Source: Sphingomonas sp. (GTDB lineage Bacteria; Pseudomonadota; Alphaproteobacteria; Sphingomonadales; Sphingomonadaceae). Taken from it: 64,000 nucleotides of DNA. The notes beneath the pieces are model-generated. The model saw only the letters and a list, made by a program, of their open reading frames with translations. It did not search any database and was not told the origin of the DNA. The stretch covers positions 39,664-103,663 of the forward strand of contig NZ_JAHBZI010000002.1 in the NCBI RefSeq assembly GCF_019635515.1, in the 5' to 3' direction. Within the stretch, counting starts at the first letter, position 1. The number at the start of each line of letters is the position of its first letter. The position numbers were made by a program, and so were the translations under genes. Shown here one piece after another: positions 42,408 to 52,138 of the stretch.

Positions 42408-43091
42408 TCAGGGTATCACCGGCGCATAGCGGGCGGTTGCCGTGTCACATTCCGGAAGGCGGTTTCGCACCGCTACCGCTTCCGGGTCGGTGCGACCGGT
42501 GAGTCGTTCGCGAAGCGTCCTGACGTCGCACTGGAAGCCGTAGTCGTCCAAGGCGGCGTTGAACGCCTCGGTGCCATAGCCGAAGATGGCCGCGGTCTCT
42601 GCGTGCGCCATGTCGAACGTCTCGCCTTCAATGGTGAACGCACCGGGGGTATCGGTATCGATCCACTCGACGCCTGGCCTGAATCCCGTCATCTCGTATC
42701 CGCCATCCGCGGGACGGACGATGCCATCTGCCGGACCCTTCACGATCACCGTGGCAATCCGGCCGATATGGCCGGCGCGGACGTGGAAGCCGGCCTGGAT
42801 GCGGTCGAGCGGCATGATCGCCAGGCAATCGAACACGACGAGCGTCTGGCCGCCGAGCGCGATCGATCGGCCTCTGCACCCGGCGCGGTCGCGTCCGACG
42901 GGAAGGACCAATGTTTCCAGAGAGCCCGCGCGCGCGAGGGTCGGCACATCGACTGTCGGCAAAAGCAGTTTGCCGGGCTGCCCGGTTTCGTCGCCGGGAT
43001 TTGGCACGCTACCGTAAGAATCCTGTGCGACGACGGCATAGATGCCGGGAGCGACACCGAACCCCCCGCCGGTTGATCGAAAGTGCGTCAT
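42408..43091 (-). CDS. Hypothetical protein (227 aa), no family recognised
   Basis: Open frame with protein-like composition from ATG 43091 (MTHFRSTGG...); the track extends it to 43229. Confidence 0.6.
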   Translation of the reverse strand: MTHFRSTGGGFGVAPGIYAVVAQDSYGSVPNPGDETGQPGKLLLPTVDVPTLARAGSLETLVLPVGRDRAGCRGRSIALGGQTLVVFDCLAIMPLDRIQAGFHVRAGHIGRIATVIVKGPADGIVRPADGGYEMTGFRPGVEWIDTDTPGAFTIEGETFDMAHAETAAIFGYGTEAFNAALDDYGFQCDVRTLRERLTGRTDPEAVAVRNRLPECDTATARYAPVIP

Positions 43092-43148
43092 GTCGTTCCG
43101 CCTTGCGGATGGATGTTCTCGCTCTGGGCGAAAACGTTCCCGCACATC

Positions 43149-43162
43149 TTGATCAACCTCAA
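43149..43162. promoter_or_regulatory. Fnr/FixK-type box upstream of the orphan gene
   Basis: TTGATCAACCTCAA, one mismatch from TTGAT-N4-ATCAA, centred about 65 bp upstream of ATG 43091. Confidence 0.7.
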
Positions 43163-43233
43163 TTCGGGCATCCGTCACCGATGGTGCGGCTCGCGAGGCC
43201 TTCAACGACAGAGTCGGCCCCGGTACCACCCAG

Positions 43234-43305
43234 TCATGAGTCGAGCGCGAGGGTCCGCCGGTGCGCGCGGGCGGACAAGGCGGCGGCCTGGTCGAAGCTG
43301 ATCAT
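43234..43305 (-). pseudogene. Probable 5' stub of moeA (molybdopterin molybdotransferase)
   Basis: ATG 23 bp after the moaB stop reads MISFDQAAAL, resembling alphaproteobacterial MoeA N-termini (MISFDEA..L), then stops after 23 codons. Confidence 0.4.
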
Positions 43306-43327
43306 GGCGTTCCGAATTGCTCCGCGC

Positions 43328-43864
43328 TTACGCGCACAGATGCCAGAGGCGGGGGACGTGGCTCGCCAGCGAGCAGGGCCGGTGCCGACTGTCGAGCTCG
43401 AACCGCAGCACATGATCCCACGCGTCGCAGCACCCGCCCGTCGATCCGGGCAGGCAGAAGATGAAGGTGTCGTCGATCTGACCGGCAAGCGCGCGAGATT
43501 GCAGGGTGGAGGCGCCGACGGTGGCGAGGCTCACCTGGTGGAAGACCACCGCAAAGCCATCCATCTCGCGGCGGAGCAGGGGCCTGACCGCCTCGGGGGT
43601 CACGTCGCGCGGCGAGAAACCGGTTCCTCCGGTCGTCAGGATGACGTCGATCCCGGGATCGCCGCTCCACGCGCGAATGCTTCTCCGGATCGAGCGGATG
43701 TCGTCGGGGATTATCTCGCGCCTGGCGAGCCCGTGACCCGCAGCCTCCACCCGCGTCGCCAGCGCGGCGCCCGATCTGTCGGTCGCGAGCGTGCGCGTGT
43801 CGGAGACCGTCAGGATCGCGAGCCGCAGCGGATGAAAGGTCAGCGTATCGTCAATTCCGGCCAT
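43328..43864 (-). CDS. moaB: Molybdenum cofactor biosynthesis protein B
   Basis: AILTVSDTR...DRSG, ILTTGGTGFSPRDVTPEA, QSRA, FCLPGS and LDSRHRPC. Confidence 0.92.
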   Translation of the reverse strand: MAGIDDTLTFHPLRLAILTVSDTRTLATDRSGAALATRVEAAGHGLARREIIPDDIRSIRRSIRAWSGDPGIDVILTTGGTGFSPRDVTPEAVRPLLRREMDGFAVVFHQVSLATVGASTLQSRALAGQIDDTFIFCLPGSTGGCCDAWDHVLRFELDSRHRPCSLASHVPRLWHLCA

Positions 43865-43909
43865 GCATGCCTCCGGGGAAGCAATGTGCAGGTTTCGTCC
43901 CTGCCCGAA

Positions 43910-43923
43910 TTGACCTGCCGCAA
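43910..43923. promoter_or_regulatory. Crp/Fnr-family box 1 in the moaB/narK divergent region
   Basis: TTGACCTGCCGCAA (TTG-N8-CAA), centred about 52 bp upstream of the moaB ATG. Confidence 0.6.
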
Positions 43924-43937
43924 TGCCGCGCGCGCCT

Positions 43938-43955
43938 CTTTGTCCTGCAACAAAG
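43938..43955. promoter_or_regulatory. Crp/Fnr-family box 2 (NnrR-like flanks) in the moaB/narK region
   Basis: CTTTG-TCCTGCAA-CAAAG inverted repeat with TTG-N8-CAA spacing. Confidence 0.5.
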
Positions 43956-44093
43956 AAAGCGGGGTCGAAGCCTCGTACCGACAGGAAATAGGGTCGTCGG
44001 TTGTTGGAAGGCAAGCGGCTGAAGGTACTTGCCCGGACAGTTCGGACTCGTCCGGGAAGCACGCCTTCATCGGCACTACGGCAGGGAGAAGGG

Positions 44094-46817
44094 ATGTCCG
44101 TTCCGGCTACCGATCAGCCCGTACCCGGCGCGGATCGGGTGCTGTGGACGAGCACCGTCGCCTTCACGGTCTGCTTCGCGGTCTGGACGATCTTCTCGAT
44201 CATCGGGTTGGGCGTGAAAGATCGCCTCGGGCTCTCCGAAACCGAGTTCGGGCTTCTCGTCGGCGCGCCGATCCTCACGGGCTCGGTCGCGCGCGTGCTT
44301 CTCGGGATCTGGGCCGATCAGCTCGGCGGACGGCGCGTCTTCGCGGGAGTGATGGCGCTCGCCGCGGTCGCCACCTTCCTCACTTCCTTCGCCCATAGCT
44401 ACGGCCAGCTGCTCGTGGCGGCGTTCGGCGTCGGCCTTGCGGGCGGCGCCTTCTCGGTGGGCGTGACCTATGTCTCGAAATTCTATCCGCCCGAAAAGCA
44501 GGGGATGGCGCTCGGCATCTTCGGTGCCGGCAATGTGGGGTCGGCGGTCACCAAGCTGCTGGCGCCGTTCGTGATGATCGCGATGGGATGGCAGGCGGTC
44601 GCGCAGATCTGGGCGGGCGCGCTGCTCGTTATGGCCGTGCTGTTCCTGCTGCTCACGCGCGAGGATCCGGAGAGCATCGCGCGCCGCCGCGAGGGCCGCC
44701 GGGCGGCGCCGATGGGCAGCCAGCTCGCCGAGCTCAGGAACATCCAGGTCTGGCGATTCGCGCTCTATTACTTCTTCGTCTTCGGCGCCTTCGTGGCGCT
44801 CGCCTTGTGGCTGCCGCGCTATCTGATGGGAGTCTACGGGCTCGACGTCGAGACGGCCGGCATGCTCGCGGCATTCTTCTCGGTGCCGGCGAGCATATTC
44901 CGCATCTATGGCGGCAAGCTTTCCGACCGCTACGGCGCGCGTTCGGTCCTGTACGTGACGCTCGGCGTCTCGCTGCTCTGCCTGTTCATGCTTTCCTATC
45001 CGCCAACGACCTATATCATCCAGGGCGTCCGCGGGCCGATCTCCTTCCACACCGAGATGGGGCTGGTTCCCTTCCTCGTCACGATCTTCGTGCTCGGCTT
45101 CTTCATGAGCCTCGGCAAGGCGGCGGTATTCAAGCATATCCCGGCTTACTATCCCAGCCATGTCGGCGCGGTTGGCGGGCTCGTCGGCATGATCGGCGGG
45201 CTGGGTGGCTTCGTCCTGCCGCTCGCTTTCGGGGCGCTCAACGACCTGACCGGCATCTGGACGAGCTGCTTCGTATTGCTGTTCGCGCTGGTCGGCGTGT
45301 CGCTCGCCTGGATGCATTTCGCGATCCGGCACATGGAGCGCACTGCCGCGCGCCAAGGCATGCAGGCCGAGATGCCCGAGCTTCCCGAGATGCAGGGATT
45401 GGGCGAGGCGGGGGTCACCGTGCCGCCGCGGCGCGCCGGGCCGATCGCCGACTGGCGGCCCGAGGATCCGGCGTTCTGGGAAGCCGGGGGCCGCGCGGTG
45501 GCGCGGCGCAACCTGTGGATCTCGACCTATTGCCTGCTGCTTTCCTTCGCGATCTGGATGGTATGGAGCGTCGTCGTCGCGCGGCTGCCGGGGATCGGCT
45601 TCGCCTTCACCACCGATCAGTTGTTCTGGCTCGCGGCGGTGCCCGGCCTGTCGGGCGCGACGTTGCGCATCTTCTACGCCTTCCTGGTGCCGATCTTCGG
45701 CGGGCGGCTATGGACGACCTTGTCGACCGCATCGCTGCTGATTCCGGCGTTCGGGATCGGCTATGCCGTGCAGAACCCCGACACGCCGTATCTGATCTTC
45801 CTGGTGCTGGCGCTGCTCTGCGGGCTCGGCGGGGGCAATTTCGCGTCCTCGGTCGCCAATATCAGCTTCTTCTTCCCCAAGGCCGAGAAGGGCAATGCGC
45901 TGGCGATCAATTCGGGGCTGGGCAATCTCGGCGTCAGCGCGATGCAGTTCCTCGTGCCCGTCGCGGTGACGATGAGCCTGTTCGGCGCGCTGGGCGGGCA
46001 GGCGCAGACGCTGGCCGACGGCGGCTCGATCTGGCTGCAGAACGCGGGCTTCCTGTGGGTGCCGCCGATCATCGTGGGGACGCTCGCCGCCTGGTTCGGG
46101 ATGAACGACATCCTCAGCGCGAAATCGTCCTTCGCGGATCAGGCGGCGATCTTCGGGCGCAGCCACACCTGGATCATGTGCTGGCTCTATACCGGCACTT
46201 TCGGCACCTTCATCGGCATGTCGGCGGGCTTTCCGCTGCTCTCCAAGCTGGTGTTCCCGCAGGTGGACGCGCTGCGCTACGCCTTTCTCGGTCCGCTGAT
46301 CGGCGCTCTATCGCGTGCGGGAAGCGGATGGATCGCCGACCGGGTGGGCGGCGCCAGGGTCACCTTCTGGGTCTTCGTCGCGCAGATCGGCGCGACCGCC
46401 GGCATGATCTGGTTCCTTCAGTCGGGGAGCTTCCCGGGCTTCTTCGCGATGGTGCTGCTGCTGTTCTTCGTCAGCGGGGTCGGCAATTCCTCCACCTTCC
46501 AGATGGTCCCCGGAATCATGCGCAGCACGATCGACCGGGCGATGGCCGAGCACGGCGCGGAGGAGCGGCGGATCCAGGCCGAGCGCGAATCGGCGGCGGT
46601 GATCGGCTTCACCTCGGCGATCGCGGCGTTCGGCGCCTTCTACATTCCCAAGGCCTATGGCTCGTCAATCGAGCTGGCGGGCAGCGCCACCCCCGCGCTG
46701 TGGGGCTTCCTGGTCTTCTACCTGAGCTGCGCGGCGCTGACCTGGGCGGCGTACAGCGGGCCGCGCGGCCTGTTGCGCGGCGCGACCGGCGCCAAGCCTT
46801 CCCCCCTTCCGGCCTGA
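44094..46817 (+). CDS. narK: Fused NarK1-NarK2 nitrate/nitrite transporter (907 aa)
   Basis: Two MFS modules, each with nitrate signature motifs (ALGIFGAGNVG / GNALAINSGLGNLG; GGGNFAS). Linker with PIADWRPEDPAFWE. Confidence 0.93.
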   Translation: MSVPATDQPVPGADRVLWTSTVAFTVCFAVWTIFSIIGLGVKDRLGLSETEFGLLVGAPILTGSVARVLLGIWADQLGGRRVFAGVMALAAVATFLTSFAHSYGQLLVAAFGVGLAGGAFSVGVTYVSKFYPPEKQGMALGIFGAGNVGSAVTKLLAPFVMIAMGWQAVAQIWAGALLVMAVLFLLLTREDPESIARRREGRRAAPMGSQLAELRNIQVWRFALYYFFVFGAFVALALWLPRYLMGVYGLDVETAGMLAAFFSVPASIFRIYGGKLSDRYGARSVLYVTLGVSLLCLFMLSYPPTTYIIQGVRGPISFHTEMGLVPFLVTIFVLGFFMSLGKAAVFKHIPAYYPSHVGAVGGLVGMIGGLGGFVLPLAFGALNDLTGIWTSCFVLLFALVGVSLAWMHFAIRHMERTAARQGMQAEMPELPEMQGLGEAGVTVPPRRAGPIADWRPEDPAFWEAGGRAVARRNLWISTYCLLLSFAIWMVWSVVVARLPGIGFAFTTDQLFWLAAVPGLSGATLRIFYAFLVPIFGGRLWTTLSTASLLIPAFGIGYAVQNPDTPYLIFLVLALLCGLGGGNFASSVANISFFFPKAEKGNALAINSGLGNLGVSAMQFLVPVAVTMSLFGALGGQAQTLADGGSIWLQNAGFLWVPPIIVGTLAAWFGMNDILSAKSSFADQAAIFGRSHTWIMCWLYTGTFGTFIGMSAGFPLLSKLVFPQVDALRYAFLGPLIGALSRAGSGWIADRVGGARVTFWVFVAQIGATAGMIWFLQSGSFPGFFAMVLLLFFVSGVGNSSTFQMVPGIMRSTIDRAMAEHGAEERRIQAERESAAVIGFTSAIAAFGAFYIPKAYGSSIELAGSATPALWGFLVFYLSCAALTWAAYSGPRGLLRGATGAKPSPLPA

Positions 46818-46832
46818 CAAAAGGAATTACGG

Positions 46833-49800
46833 ATGAGCCATTTCCTCGATCGCCTCACCTATTTCCGCCGGGCGCGGGATACCTTTTCGGACGGGCACGG
46901 CATCACCACCAACGAGAGCCGCGACTGGGAGGACGCCTATCGCAAGCGCTGGGCAGCGGACAAGATCGTGCGCTCGACCCACGGCGTGAACTGCACGGGC
47001 TCCTGCTCGTGGAAGATCTACGTCAAGGGCGGGATCGTCACCTGGGAGACGCAGCAGACCGATTATCCGCGCACCCGTCCCGATCTGCCCAATCACGAGC
47101 CGCGCGGTTGCCCGCGCGGCGCGAGCTATAGCTGGTATCTCTATTCGGGCACGCGCATCAAATATCCGCTCGTCCGCGCCCGGCTGGTCCGCCACTGGCG
47201 CGAGGCGCGCAAGACGATGACGCCCGTCGCGGCGTGGAAGGCGATCGTCCAGGATGCGGATAAACGGCGCGACTGGGTCGCCAAGCGCGGGCGCGGCGGC
47301 TTCGTCCGGGTCGGCTGGGACGAAGTGACCGAGCTGATCGCCGCGGCGAACGCCTATACGATCAAGGAGCATGGCCCCGACCGGATCGCCGGCTTCTCGC
47401 CGATCCCGGCGATGTCGATGATCTCCTATGCGGCGGGCAGCCGTTACCTGTCGCTGATCGGCGGCAATCTGCTCAGCTTCTACGACTGGTATTGCGACCT
47501 GCCGCCCTCGTCTCCGCAGACCTGGGGCGAGCAGACCGACGTGCCCGAGAGCGCCGACTGGTACAATGCCGGCTTCCTGCTCGTCTGGGGTTCGAACATC
47601 CCGATGACGCGCGCGCCCGACGCGCATTTCTATTCGGAGGTCCGCTACCGCGGCGCCAAGAGCGTGGTGATCGCGCCGGACTTCAACGAGGCGGCGAAAT
47701 TCTCCGACCTGTGGCTGCATCCCAAGCAGGGGACCGACGCCGCGCTCGCGCTGGCGCTGGGCCATGTCGTGCTGCGCGAGTTCCATGTCGACCGGCAGGC
47801 GGAGTATTTCGCCGACTATACGCGCAAATATTCGGACTTCCCGCTGCTGGTGACGCTGGTCGAGCAGGACGGCCGGCTGGTGCCCGGCCGGATGCTGCGC
47901 ACCGCCGACCTGCCGGGAGGGCTGGGCGAGACCAACAATCCCGACTGGAAGGCCGTCGCCTATGACGAGCTGTCGGGCGATCTGGTCGCGCCGATTGGCT
48001 CGGTCGGTTTCCGCTGGGGCGAGCAGGGCAAGTGGAACCTCGAGGAGAAGGACGGCGCGGGGCGCGACGTGAAGCTGCGCACGACGCTCGCGGGCCATGA
48101 GGATGCGATCGAGCCGGTCGCTTTCCCCTATTTCGGCGGCACCGCGCCGCACGACTTCGTCGCCACCGGGCATGACGAAGTGCTGATGCGCAATGTGCCG
48201 GTGAAGGCGATCGCGACCGCCGACGGCGGCAGCGTCAAGGTCGCGACCGTGTTCGACCTGTTCTGCGCCAATTACGGCGTCGATCGCGGCTTCGGCGGCG
48301 GCAACGTCGCCGCGAGCTATGACGACGACGTGCCCTTCACCCCCGCCTGGGCGGAGAAGGTGACCGGCGTTCCCCGCCAGGCGATCATCCAGGTCGCGCG
48401 CGAGTTCGCCGACACCGCCGAAAAGACCAGGGGCCGCTCGATGGTGATCCTGGGGGCCGGGCTCAACCACTGGTATCACATGGACATGAGCTATCGCGGG
48501 ATCATCTCGCTGCTCGTGATGTGCGGCTGCATCGGCCAGTCAGGGGGCGGCTGGTCGCATTATGTCGGCCAGGAGAAGCTCCGGCCGCAGACCGGATGGA
48601 CGCCGCTCGCCTTCGCGCTCGATTGGACGCGTCCGCCGCGCCAGATGAACGGCACGAGCTTCTTCTACGCGCACACCGACCAGTGGCGCTACGAGACGCT
48701 CAAGATGTCCGAGATCCTGTCGCCGGTCGCGCCGGAGGGAGACTGGTCCGGAAGCGTGATCGACTTCAACGTCCGCGCCGAGCGGATGGGCTGGCTGCCC
48801 TCGGCGCCGCAGCTCGAAAGCAACCCGATCGAGCTTGGCCGCCACATCAGGGATACCGGCGCCGATCCCGCCACGGTGGTCGCCGACGGGATGCGCTCGG
48901 GCGAGCTGCGCCCCGCCAACCTCGATCCCGACAACCCGGTCAACTGGCCGCGCAATATGTTCTTCTGGCGCTCGAACGTGCTGGGCGCGAGCGGCAAGGG
49001 GCACGAATATTTTCTCAAGCATCTCGTTGGCTCGATGCACGGGGTCGTCGGCTCCGACGAGGATCGCGCGCGGATCGAGAAGCCGCAGGACGTGGTGTGG
49101 CGCGACGAGGCGCCGGTGGGGAAGCTCGACCTGATGGTCAATATCGACTTCCGCATGTCGACCACGAGCATCTATTCCGACATCGTGCTGCCGACCGCGA
49201 CCTGGTACGAGAAGCACGACCTCAACACCTCGGACATGCACCCCTTCATCCATCCGCTGTCGGCGGCGGTCGATCCGGCCTGGGAAGCGCAGAGCGACTG
49301 GAACATCTTCCGCGCGATCGCCAAGAAATTCTCCGACGTCGCGCCCGAAGTGCTCGGCGTCGAGCACGATGTGGTGATGACGCCGATCCAGCACGACACG
49401 CCGGGCGAGCTCGCCCAGCCCTATGAGCCCAGGGACTGGCTCAAGGGCGAATGCGATCCGGTGCCGGGCAGGACCATGCCCAACGTCACGCTGGTCGAGC
49501 GCAACTATCCCGAGACCTTCGCGCGCTTCACCTCGATGGGGCCGCTGCTCGAGAAGCTCGGCAACGGCGGCAAGGGCATCGGCTGGGACGCCAGGCACGA
49601 GGTCGGCCTGCTCGGTGACCTCAACGGGCGCGTGCTCGACGGCCCGACGGCGGGCCGGCCGAAGATCGACACCGACATCGACGCCTGCGAGACGATCCTG
49701 ATGCTCGCGCCCGAGACCAACGGCGAAGTCGCGCTCAAAGCGTGGGCGGCGCTGGGCAAGGCGACCGGGCGCGACCACCGCCATCTCGCGGAGGGCAAGG

Positions 49801-50615
49801 AGGAGGAGAAGATCCGCTTCCGCGACGTCACCGCGCAGCCGCGCAAGATCATCTCCTCGCCGACCTGGTCCGGGTTGGAGAGCGAGAAGGTCTGCTACAA
49901 TGCCGGCTACACCAACGTCCACGAGCTGATTCCGTGGCGGACGCTCACCGGCCGACAGTCGCTCTATCAGGACCATCACTGGATGCGCGCGTTCGGCGAG
50001 GGCTTCGTCACCTGGCGCCCTCCGATCGACACCAAGACGGTGCTGCAGGTGATCGGGAAGCTGCCCAACGGCAACAAGGAGATCCTGCTCAACATCCTGA
50101 CCCCGCACCAGAAATGGGGCATCCACTCGACCTATACCGAGAATTTGATCCTGCTCAGCCTCAACCGCGGCGGGCCCACGGTGTGGGTCAGCGAGGACGA
50201 TGCGACGGCGGCGGGCATCGAGGACAATGACTGGATCGAGGTGTTCAACGTCAACGGCGCGCTGACAGCGCGCGCGATCGTCTCGCAGCGCATCATGCCC
50301 GGCTCGGCGATCATGTACCACGCCCAGGAGAAACTGGTGAACACGGTCGGCTCCGAGATCACCGGCCAGCGCGGCGGCATCCACAATTCGGTGACGCGGA
50401 TCAACATGAAGCCGACCCACATGATCGGCGGCTACGCCCATCTCGCCTACGGCTTCAACTATTACGGGACGGTGGGCGCCAATCGCGACGAGTTCGTGAT
50501 CGTGCGCAAGATGAGCGAGATCAACTGGTTCGACAAGCGTGCCGACGAAGGCGCCAATGTCGAGGGCGGCACCGCCGATTGGGGCACCGGCGTCAAGGCG
50601 GAGGCAGCGGAATGA
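46833..50615 (+). CDS. narG: Respiratory nitrate reductase alpha subunit
   Basis: STHGVNCTGSCSW FS0 motif, NHEPRGCPRGASYSWY, FYDWYCDLPP, TPHQKWGIHSTY and YYGTVGANRD. Confidence 0.98.
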   Translation: MSHFLDRLTYFRRARDTFSDGHGITTNESRDWEDAYRKRWAADKIVRSTHGVNCTGSCSWKIYVKGGIVTWETQQTDYPRTRPDLPNHEPRGCPRGASYSWYLYSGTRIKYPLVRARLVRHWREARKTMTPVAAWKAIVQDADKRRDWVAKRGRGGFVRVGWDEVTELIAAANAYTIKEHGPDRIAGFSPIPAMSMISYAAGSRYLSLIGGNLLSFYDWYCDLPPSSPQTWGEQTDVPESADWYNAGFLLVWGSNIPMTRAPDAHFYSEVRYRGAKSVVIAPDFNEAAKFSDLWLHPKQGTDAALALALGHVVLREFHVDRQAEYFADYTRKYSDFPLLVTLVEQDGRLVPGRMLRTADLPGGLGETNNPDWKAVAYDELSGDLVAPIGSVGFRWGEQGKWNLEEKDGAGRDVKLRTTLAGHEDAIEPVAFPYFGGTAPHDFVATGHDEVLMRNVPVKAIATADGGSVKVATVFDLFCANYGVDRGFGGGNVAASYDDDVPFTPAWAEKVTGVPRQAIIQVAREFADTAEKTRGRSMVILGAGLNHWYHMDMSYRGIISLLVMCGCIGQSGGGWSHYVGQEKLRPQTGWTPLAFALDWTRPPRQMNGTSFFYAHTDQWRYETLKMSEILSPVAPEGDWSGSVIDFNVRAERMGWLPSAPQLESNPIELGRHIRDTGADPATVVADGMRSGELRPANLDPDNPVNWPRNMFFWRSNVLGASGKGHEYFLKHLVGSMHGVVGSDEDRARIEKPQDVVWRDEAPVGKLDLMVNIDFRMSTTSIYSDIVLPTATWYEKHDLNTSDMHPFIHPLSAAVDPAWEAQSDWNIFRAIAKKFSDVAPEVLGVEHDVVMTPIQHDTPGELAQPYEPRDWLKGECDPVPGRTMPNVTLVERNYPETFARFTSMGPLLEKLGNGGKGIGWDARHEVGLLGDLNGRVLDGPTAGRPKIDTDIDACETILMLAPETNGEVALKAWAALGKATGRDHRHLAEGKEEEKIRFRDVTAQPRKIISSPTWSGLESEKVCYNAGYTNVHELIPWRTLTGRQSLYQDHHWMRAFGEGFVTWRPPIDTKTVLQVIGKLPNGNKEILLNILTPHQKWGIHSTYTENLILLSLNRGGPTVWVSEDDATAAGIEDNDWIEVFNVNGALTARAIVSQRIMPGSAIMYHAQEKLVNTVGSEITGQRGGIHNSVTRINMKPTHMIGGYAHLAYGFNYYGTVGANRDEFVIVRKMSEINWFDKRADEGANVEGGTADWGTGVKAEAAE

Positions 50616-52138
50616 AGATACGCGCGCAGATCGCGATGGTGCTCAACCTCGACAAGTGCATCGGCTGCCACACCTGCTCGATCACCTGCAAGAACGTGTG
50701 GACCAACCGCGAGGGCATGGAATATGTCTGGTTCAACAACGTCGAGACCAAGCCGGGCATAGGCTATCCCAAGGACTGGGAGAACCAGGAGCGCTGGAAG
50801 GGCGGCTGGGTGCGCCGCAAGAACGGCAGGATCGTGCCCAGGCAGGGCGCGAAATGGCGGATCCTTTCGAAGATCTTCGCCAATCCGCATCTTCCCGAGA
50901 TCGACGATTTCTACGAGCCCTATACCTTTGAATATGAGTGGCTCCAGGCCGCGCCCGAATTGCAGGCGCAGCCCACCGCGCGGCCGCGCTCGCTGGTGAC
51001 CGGCGAATTGCTCAACAAGATCGAATGGTCGGGCAATTGGGAGGATATGCTCGGCGGCGAGTTCGAGAAGCGCAGCCACGATTACAATTTCGAAGGGGTC
51101 GAGAAGGAGATCTACGGCCAGTTCGAAAAGACGTTCATGATGTACCTGCCGCGGCTGTGCGAGCATTGCCTCAACCCGGCGTGCCTGGCCTCGTGCCCCT
51201 CGGGCGCGATCTACAAGCGCGCCGAGGACGGCATCGTCCTGATCGATCAGGAGAAGTGCCGCGGCTGGCGGATGTGCGTTTCGGGCTGCCCGTACAAGAA
51301 GATCTACTACAACTGGTCGACGGGGAAGTCGGAGAAGTGCATCTTCTGCTATCCGCGGATCGAGACCGGGCAGCCGACGGTCTGCTCCGAGACCTGCGTC
51401 GGCCGCATCCGCTATCTCGGCGTGGTGCTCTACGATGCCGATCGCATCGAGGAGGCCGCCTCGGTGGAGGACCCCAAGGATCTCTACGAAGCGCAGTTGA
51501 GCGTGTTCCTCGATCCCCATGACGTGGCGGTGCAGGAGCAGGCGCGGCGCGACGGGGTACCCGAGCAGTGGCTGGAGGCGGCGACGCGCTCGCCGGTCTA
51601 CAAGATGGCTATGGAGTGGAAGGTCGCCTTCCCGCTCCACCCCGAATACCGCACGTTGCCGATGGTCTGGTACGTGCCGCCGCTGTCGCCGATCCAGTCG
51701 GCGGCGGAGGCGGGCAAGATTTCGGCCAAGGACGGCATGCCCGACGTCCGCTCGCTGCGCATCCCGCTGCGCTACCTCGCCAATCTGCTCACCGGGGGCG
51801 ACGAGGCGCCGATCGCCGCCGCGCTGGAGCGGATGCTGGCGATGCGCGCCTATATGCGCGCCAAATCGGTCGAAGGGCGGATCGACGCGGCGATTCCCGA
51901 GCGCGTCGGCCTCAAGCGCGCGCAGATGGAGGAGATGTACCGGATCATGGCGCTCGCCGCCTATGAGGACCGCTACGTCATCCCGACCGCGCACCGCGAG
52001 TTCGACGAGGACGCCTATGTGCTGCGCGGTTCGTCGGGCTTCGCCTTCCGCGAGAACACCAACGGCGCGACCAAGGTCAATCTGTTCGGCGGCGCCAAGC
52101 GCACGCCGCGCAAGCCGATGATGGATATCCCGACATGA
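50612..52138 (+). CDS. narH: Respiratory nitrate reductase beta subunit
   Basis: MKIRAQIAMVLNLDKCIGCHTCS, CEHCLNPAC, CRGWRMCVSGC and CIFCYPR..C...CVGRIRY. Confidence 0.98.
   Translation: MKIRAQIAMVLNLDKCIGCHTCSITCKNVWTNREGMEYVWFNNVETKPGIGYPKDWENQERWKGGWVRRKNGRIVPRQGAKWRILSKIFANPHLPEIDDFYEPYTFEYEWLQAAPELQAQPTARPRSLVTGELLNKIEWSGNWEDMLGGEFEKRSHDYNFEGVEKEIYGQFEKTFMMYLPRLCEHCLNPACLASCPSGAIYKRAEDGIVLIDQEKCRGWRMCVSGCPYKKIYYNWSTGKSEKCIFCYPRIETGQPTVCSETCVGRIRYLGVVLYDADRIEEAASVEDPKDLYEAQLSVFLDPHDVAVQEQARRDGVPEQWLEAATRSPVYKMAMEWKVAFPLHPEYRTLPMVWYVPPLSPIQSAAEAGKISAKDGMPDVRSLRIPLRYLANLLTGGDEAPIAAALERMLAMRAYMRAKSVEGRIDAAIPERVGLKRAQMEEMYRIMALAAYEDRYVIPTAHREFDEDAYVLRGSSGFAFRENTNGATKVNLFGGAKRTPRKPMMDIPT

Noticed and set aside
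42117-43330. Integrase or transposase at the island left end
   Set aside because: No frame shows tyrosine/serine recombinase or DDE motifs; none is reported.
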